A DNA stretch of 62,902 nt from a virus. Lineage: Duplodnaviria > Caudoviricetes. Each line of letters opens with the position of its first letter. The first letter of the stretch is position 1. The stretch spans positions 1 through 62,902 of IMG/VR virus record IMGVR_UViG_3300034190_001790. One strand, given 5' to 3'. The translations under genes were made by a program, and so were the position numbers. Below the pieces are notes generated by a model. It worked only from the letters and a program-made list of their open reading frames with translations. It was not told the DNA's origin and ran no database searches. Shown here piece by piece: positions 59,700-62,902 of this stretch.

Positions 59700-60065
59700 T
59701 TGAGGATAATACTACACTACACGGCAAACTCGCAAAATTTTAAAACGCTTTTTTTTACTAGGGGGGGTACTAGATTTGGCTGACGCACTCGGATTTTTTT
59801 GGCTTTTTGTTTTCATCTGGCTGCGTCCAGTGTCGTACTGGCGGCGTCCAGCATCGCCCACGCTCCACGCTCCGAATCGCTGCGGATTCAGGTGGATTCT
59901 CCCCTCCATTACCCCACATTCCGCTAGATATGAGAGCATAAGAAACAATGATCATCGTTTTTAAGGACAAAGAACTGCGTCTTTATACCCCTCCGAACTG
60001 CACAAATAGTAAACAAAACGCAGTGAAACACGCCGCTGTAAGTGATTGATACTCAGCATATTAAA
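59700..60065. other. GC-rich non-coding divergence region (candidate genome end/packaging region)
   Basis: visibly GC-rich, G7 tract at 59761-59767, short repeats and hairpins, IHF-consensus match at 60039-60051, lies between the two divergent arms. Confidence 0.5.
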
Positions 60066-60082
60066 AAATAGTTGTGTATTTA

Positions 60083-60115
60083 TTTGTTTTATAATAATTT
60101 ATTTATATATATTTG
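60083..60115 (+). promoter_or_regulatory. early promoter, Bacteroidota -33 TTTG / -7 TATATTTG
   Basis: TTTG at 60083-60086, 21-nt spacer, TATATTTG at 60108-60115, upstream of the first early gene. Confidence 0.75.
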
Positions 60116-60145
60116 CACATAAATCAAACAAAAATTAAACAAATT

Positions 60146-60325
60146 ATGACTAGAGAAATCACTACCGAATGGACGTTAAACGAGTTAACAACACTAAGAA
60201 TGATTATCGCAGATAGAATTAGAGAAATGAGAGACAATAATATTGACTACGATACTCCTGAAATGAGAGGACTACAAACCAAGATAACCTTGATGCACGA
60301 AGATATGGTTTTTGATAACATCTAA
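60146..60325 (+). CDS. early hypothetical protein
   Basis: ATG 60146 after an AATTAAACAAATT leader (the track's TTG 60113 lies inside the promoter box). Confidence 0.7.
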   Translation: MTREITTEWTLNELTTLRMIIADRIREMRDNNIDYDTPEMRGLQTKITLMHEDMVFDNI

Positions 60326-60333
60326 CCTTATCC

Positions 60334-60392
60334 TACTCCTAGTGGCTCATAGTTAATCGCTATGGGCTTTTCTAGGTAGAGGAATAATCCTC
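60334..60392 (+). ncRNA. conserved intergenic stem-loop motif, copy 1
   Basis: TACTCCTAG-TG-GCTCATAGT-(TAATC)-GCTATGGGC-TTTT-CTAGG-TAGA plus hairpin GAGGA-ATAA-TCCTC. Confidence 0.7.
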
Positions 60393-60415
60393 GACTAATT
60401 AAACAAACAAACATT

Positions 60416-60703
60416 ATGAATATAACAAAAGTTGATATCCTCACTAGAGTAGACCAAAAATTAGGTACAGAATTACTAGATAAGTTTTACTCAGTAAACA
60501 TGAGTTCAGGAATAGAATGCAGAATACAAGGAAAATTCTCTCCTGATTTAGTATTAGAATTGAATGAAAAACTAGGTATAGACCCATACAATGATAACCC
60601 ATGGGAAGTTGACGAGGGTGGCTTTGTTAATCTATCATTCGTTCTTATATCTGCTATATCAGGATGTAATGACAAGGTTAATCTAGAGATTACTCTTGCA
60701 TAA
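60416..60703 (+). CDS. early hypothetical protein
   Basis: 95 aa, leader AATTAAACAAACAAACATT. Confidence 0.75.
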   Translation: MNITKVDILTRVDQKLGTELLDKFYSVNMSSGIECRIQGKFSPDLVLELNEKLGIDPYNDNPWEVDEGGFVNLSFVLISAISGCNDKVNLEITLA

Positions 60704-60711
60704 ACCTAGCA

Positions 60712-60771
60712 TACTCCTAGTGCCTCAATGCTCATCGCATTGGGGTTTTCTAGGTAGAAGACAATAGTGTC
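60712..60771 (+). ncRNA. conserved intergenic stem-loop motif, copy 2
   Basis: TACTCCTAG-TG-CCTCAATGC-(TCATC)-GCATTGGGG-TTTT-CTAGG-TAGA plus hairpin GACA-ATAG-TGTC; compensatory changes relative to copy 1. Confidence 0.7.
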
Positions 60772-60791
60772 ATAATTAAACAAACAAACAA

Positions 60792-61082
60792 ATGAGTACA
60801 TATAAAGTTAGAGATACACAATTCGGTAAAGACTTTGATAAGCCGATGAACATCAACGGCAGAGATGCCAACAAAGGATGGTACAATCTTGTACTATCTA
60901 TTGCCGAATTAAAGATGTATATCAGAGGATTAAAACCACATAGAAACTACACTCTCAAAGGTGTGAAAGCATACTTTGGATTAGATATGTTTAAGTACAA
61001 CAAGCATGAGTTGTTAAACTGCCTAGAATCGTTCAAGAGACAGCTTGAGGATTATAATGGCATGGACACTCAAAGCGAATAG
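60792..61082 (+). CDS. early hypothetical protein
   Basis: 96 aa, same A/C-rich leader; its TAG stop overlaps the ribozyme start. Confidence 0.8.
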   Translation: MSTYKVRDTQFGKDFDKPMNINGRDANKGWYNLVLSIAELKMYIRGLKPHRNYTLKGVKAYFGLDMFKYNKHELLNCLESFKRQLEDYNGMDTQSE

Positions 61083-61135
61083 ATACTCTGATGAGGACTC
61101 AATGTCCGAAACGAGCAGCAATGCTCGTCAGTATC
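61082..61135 (+). ncRNA. type I hammerhead ribozyme
   Basis: stem I GATACT/AGTATC; core CTGATGA at 61088-61094; stem II GGAC-TCAAT-GTCC; GAAA at 61108-61111; stem III CGAGCA-GCAA-TGCTCG; GTC cleavage triplet ending at 61129. Confidence 0.95.
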
Positions 61136-61161
61136 ATAAGATACCAATTAAAACAAACAAA

Positions 61162-61395
61162 ATGAAAAAATCAAATTATGCATCAGTATTATATACTTGC
61201 TACGAGTTAAGTAAGAACAATGTTCTTGGAGTAACTTATGAAGAATCTAAGTGTCCTGAATCATTAGACAGAAGTACACCTGAATCACACAGCATTGAGA
61301 TACTTAAGCTAACCTTAAACAATGATGATGTGACAGAAAAGTTAGAGGGAATATGGGAGGAGATTATAGAACACATTGCTAACGAAAACAATTAG
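61162..61395 (+). CDS. early hypothetical protein
   Basis: ATG 61162 (MKKSNYASV...) with the typical leader; the track's longer start runs through the ribozyme. Confidence 0.7.
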   Translation: MKKSNYASVLYTCYELSKNNVLGVTYEESKCPESLDRSTPESHSIEILKLTLNNDDVTEKLEGIWEEIIEHIANENN

Positions 61396-61399
61396 AATC

Positions 61400-61876
61400 A
61401 TGAGAAAAAAATATATAGTTATCGATACATGGAACGGAGATGGATATTCTTCAGAAAATGGAGTAGATACAAAACAATTCGCATACAAAAAATCAGCATT
61501 CAAATGGGCTTATAAAAGAGCATTGAGCAATGCTGATGGAGATGCAAAATATGTAACAAGATACTCTGATGAGTATGCACAAATAGACAAGGGAGCAGAG
61601 GGAGACGGATATTTTTTTGATAGTTATGACGATAATTGTGGTAGCTATCAAGTATGGGAGTTAAAAGATGCATATGCGTTTGTGATTCTATGTAATGTAA
61701 ATGATTGTGCAATGCTCACAAAGGAACAATTTGAAGAGCAAACAAAATCGTTAGATGATGAATACGGAGAGGATTTAGAAGAGAATTCACATACAGAAGA
61801 GAATGGAGATAAATTTTATAATTCTCTTGTTGATGACTACGATTATCAATTTAGACTAATTAGTAACTTAAAATAA
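61400..61876 (+). CDS. acidic early hypothetical protein
   Basis: ATG 61400 (MRKKYIVIDTWNGDGYS...), Asp/Glu-rich C-terminal half. Confidence 0.75.
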   Translation: MRKKYIVIDTWNGDGYSSENGVDTKQFAYKKSAFKWAYKRALSNADGDAKYVTRYSDEYAQIDKGAEGDGYFFDSYDDNCGSYQVWELKDAYAFVILCNVNDCAMLTKEQFEEQTKSLDDEYGEDLEENSHTEENGDKFYNSLVDDYDYQFRLISNLK

Positions 61877-61881
61877 ATAAA

Positions 61882-62094
61882 ATGGCATACAATGAATTCG
61901 ATGAATTAGAAAAAAATATTCAGCATTGGTACTACACATATCAAACCATACACAAAAAGATCTCGAGTAGTGTTTTTAAATCTTGCTCTAAAGATGAGTA
62001 CAACCAGTATGAAAATGCGATTGCTAAATTAAAAGAAGTAAAGAAGAAGTACGGAACTATAGATATTACAGATATAAAAGATTTACATCGTTAA
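61882..62094 (+). CDS. early hypothetical protein
   Basis: 70-aa helical ORF. Confidence 0.7.
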   Translation: MAYNEFDELEKNIQHWYYTYQTIHKKISSSVFKSCSKDEYNQYENAIAKLKEVKKKYGTIDITDIKDLHR

Positions 62095-62110
62095 TTTGTG
62101 TTTGTTTGTT

Positions 62111-62155
62111 CTGCGAGATGCCTCACTATGAAAGTAGTGGGGATTTCGTGGTACA
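62111..62155 (+). ncRNA. conserved intergenic stem-loop motif, copy 3 (divergent)
   Basis: CTGCGAGA-TG-CCTCACTAT-(GAAA)-GTAGTGGGG-A-TTTCGTGG-TACA. Confidence 0.6.
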
Positions 62156-62183
62156 AGACAAATATTAATTAAAATTAAATAAA

Positions 62184-62387
62184 ATGAAAGCAAATCAATT
62201 ATTAAAATTTCTGCAAGATGTAGAACAACAAGTAAATTCTTATGGAAGAACTTTGGAAGATGTTGAAGTAAACTTTAGGAGAAGTGATGATTCTGACATT
62301 GAACAAACAGATTTCGTAGGGGTGGATTTATTTGATGAAGAATCAAATAAAATAGTAGAGAGTATAGTAATAATGGGTAAATATTAA
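62184..62387 (+). CDS. acidic early hypothetical protein
   Basis: 67 aa with A-rich leader. Confidence 0.75.
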   Translation: MKANQLLKFLQDVEQQVNSYGRTLEDVEVNFRRSDDSDIEQTDFVGVDLFDEESNKIVESIVIMGKY

Positions 62388-62397
62388 ATTAAATAAA

Positions 62398-62902
62398 ATG
62401 GGATACAATACAGATTGGAACGGACAATTAAAAACTAATAGAGCATTCACTACACAAGAATTAATAGAATGGGAAGTAATAGTTGAAGAGAGACATGATG
62501 ATGAATTTAAATACGGAGACGAAAGAAGAGAGTTTCCATCAATATGGTGTGGATTTGAGATTAAAAACATTACTGATGATTCAGGAACTTATGGAGTATT
62601 TAGATGGATGGGTCATGAGAAGACATATCAGGGCAAAGAATGGACAATATTCTTTTTGCAAAAATGTATGGAATGGAGCCATAATGAAGAAATATATGCA
62701 GAGGGTGTTTTGGAATGGAGAGGAGATGAAGAGGATGATATGGGGGCTCTTGTAATTGAAAAAGCAAGTGACTTAGATGACGAGGGAGCCATGATGATGA
62801 TGCATATAGAAAAGGTGGAATTTTCCTACAAAAGAGAGAAGACTGCATATATATATGATGCAAAAAAAAGAGGATATAAAGTTCTTAAATCAAATGTGCG
62901 TT
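62398..62902 (+). CDS. acidic early hypothetical protein running off the window end (not in ORF track)
   Basis: ATG 62398 (MGYNTDWNGQLKTNRAFT...) stays open for 168 codons to the last base. Confidence 0.8.
   Translation, partial: MGYNTDWNGQLKTNRAFTTQELIEWEVIVEERHDDEFKYGDERREFPSIWCGFEIKNITDDSGTYGVFRWMGHEKTYQGKEWTIFFLQKCMEWSHNEEIYAEGVLEWRGDEEDDMGALVIEKASDLDDEGAMMMMHIEKVEFSYKREKTAYIYDAKKRGYKVLKSNVR

Noticed and set aside
59712-59970. Three overlapping short ORFs in the GC-rich island
   Set aside because: Atypical composition, no leaders, mutually overlapping; expected by chance where stop codons are rare
60334-60791. Early-region repeats as a CRISPR array or mini-array
   Set aside because: Only 2-3 imperfect copies separated by whole genes, internal covariation, no cas genes
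61045-61161. N-terminal extension of ORF 61045-61395 given by the ORF track
   Set aside because: It overlaps the upstream gene and the hammerhead; ATG 61162 has the typical leader
62483-62863. Track ORFs 62483-62755 (+) and 62600-62863 (-)
   Set aside because: The longer frame from ATG 62398 has a proper leader and covers the region; the track missed it because it has no stop inside the window
1-62902. Stop-codon reassignment as in some crAss-like phages; tRNA genes; integrase/prophage boundaries
   Set aside because: Genes are long and densely packed under the standard code with all three stops in use; no cloverleaf, integrase or host-gene flank was recognised by eye (tRNAscan and HMM searches not run)

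Overview
The window looks like a nearly complete (possibly circularisable) ~63 kb AT-rich dsDNA tailed-phage genome. The host is most likely a Bacteroidota/Flavobacteriia cell: TAnnTTTG -7 promoter boxes recur upstream of genes, and leaders are A-rich with no Shine-Dalgarno. The + strand arm (60146-62902, continuing at 1-10515) carries small early genes, then recombination and replication genes: annealing protein, PD-(D/E)XK exonuclease, SSB-like protein, primase-helicase, SNF2-like helicase, VRR-NUC nuclease and metallophosphoesterase. The - strand arm (59653 to 10501) carries GroEL/GroES, a run of very basic small proteins, lysis genes, tail fibres and a podovirus head-tail block in crAss-like order: terminase, portal, scaffold, capsid, ring proteins, muzzle, GNAT and three internal virion proteins including a 2509-aa giant. 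I recognised no DNA polymerase, RNA polymerase, integrase, tRNA or CRISPR array. The standout signal is in the early intergenic spacers: a textbook type I hammerhead ribozyme (61082-61135) and three covarying copies of an unnamed RNA stem-loop. Together they suggest RNA-guided processing of the early transcript. An iteron/IHF-type origin candidate (59126-59369) and a GC-rich putative genome-end region (59700-60065) lie at the strand switch. All protein assignments come from motif recognition and gene order by eye, not from database searches.
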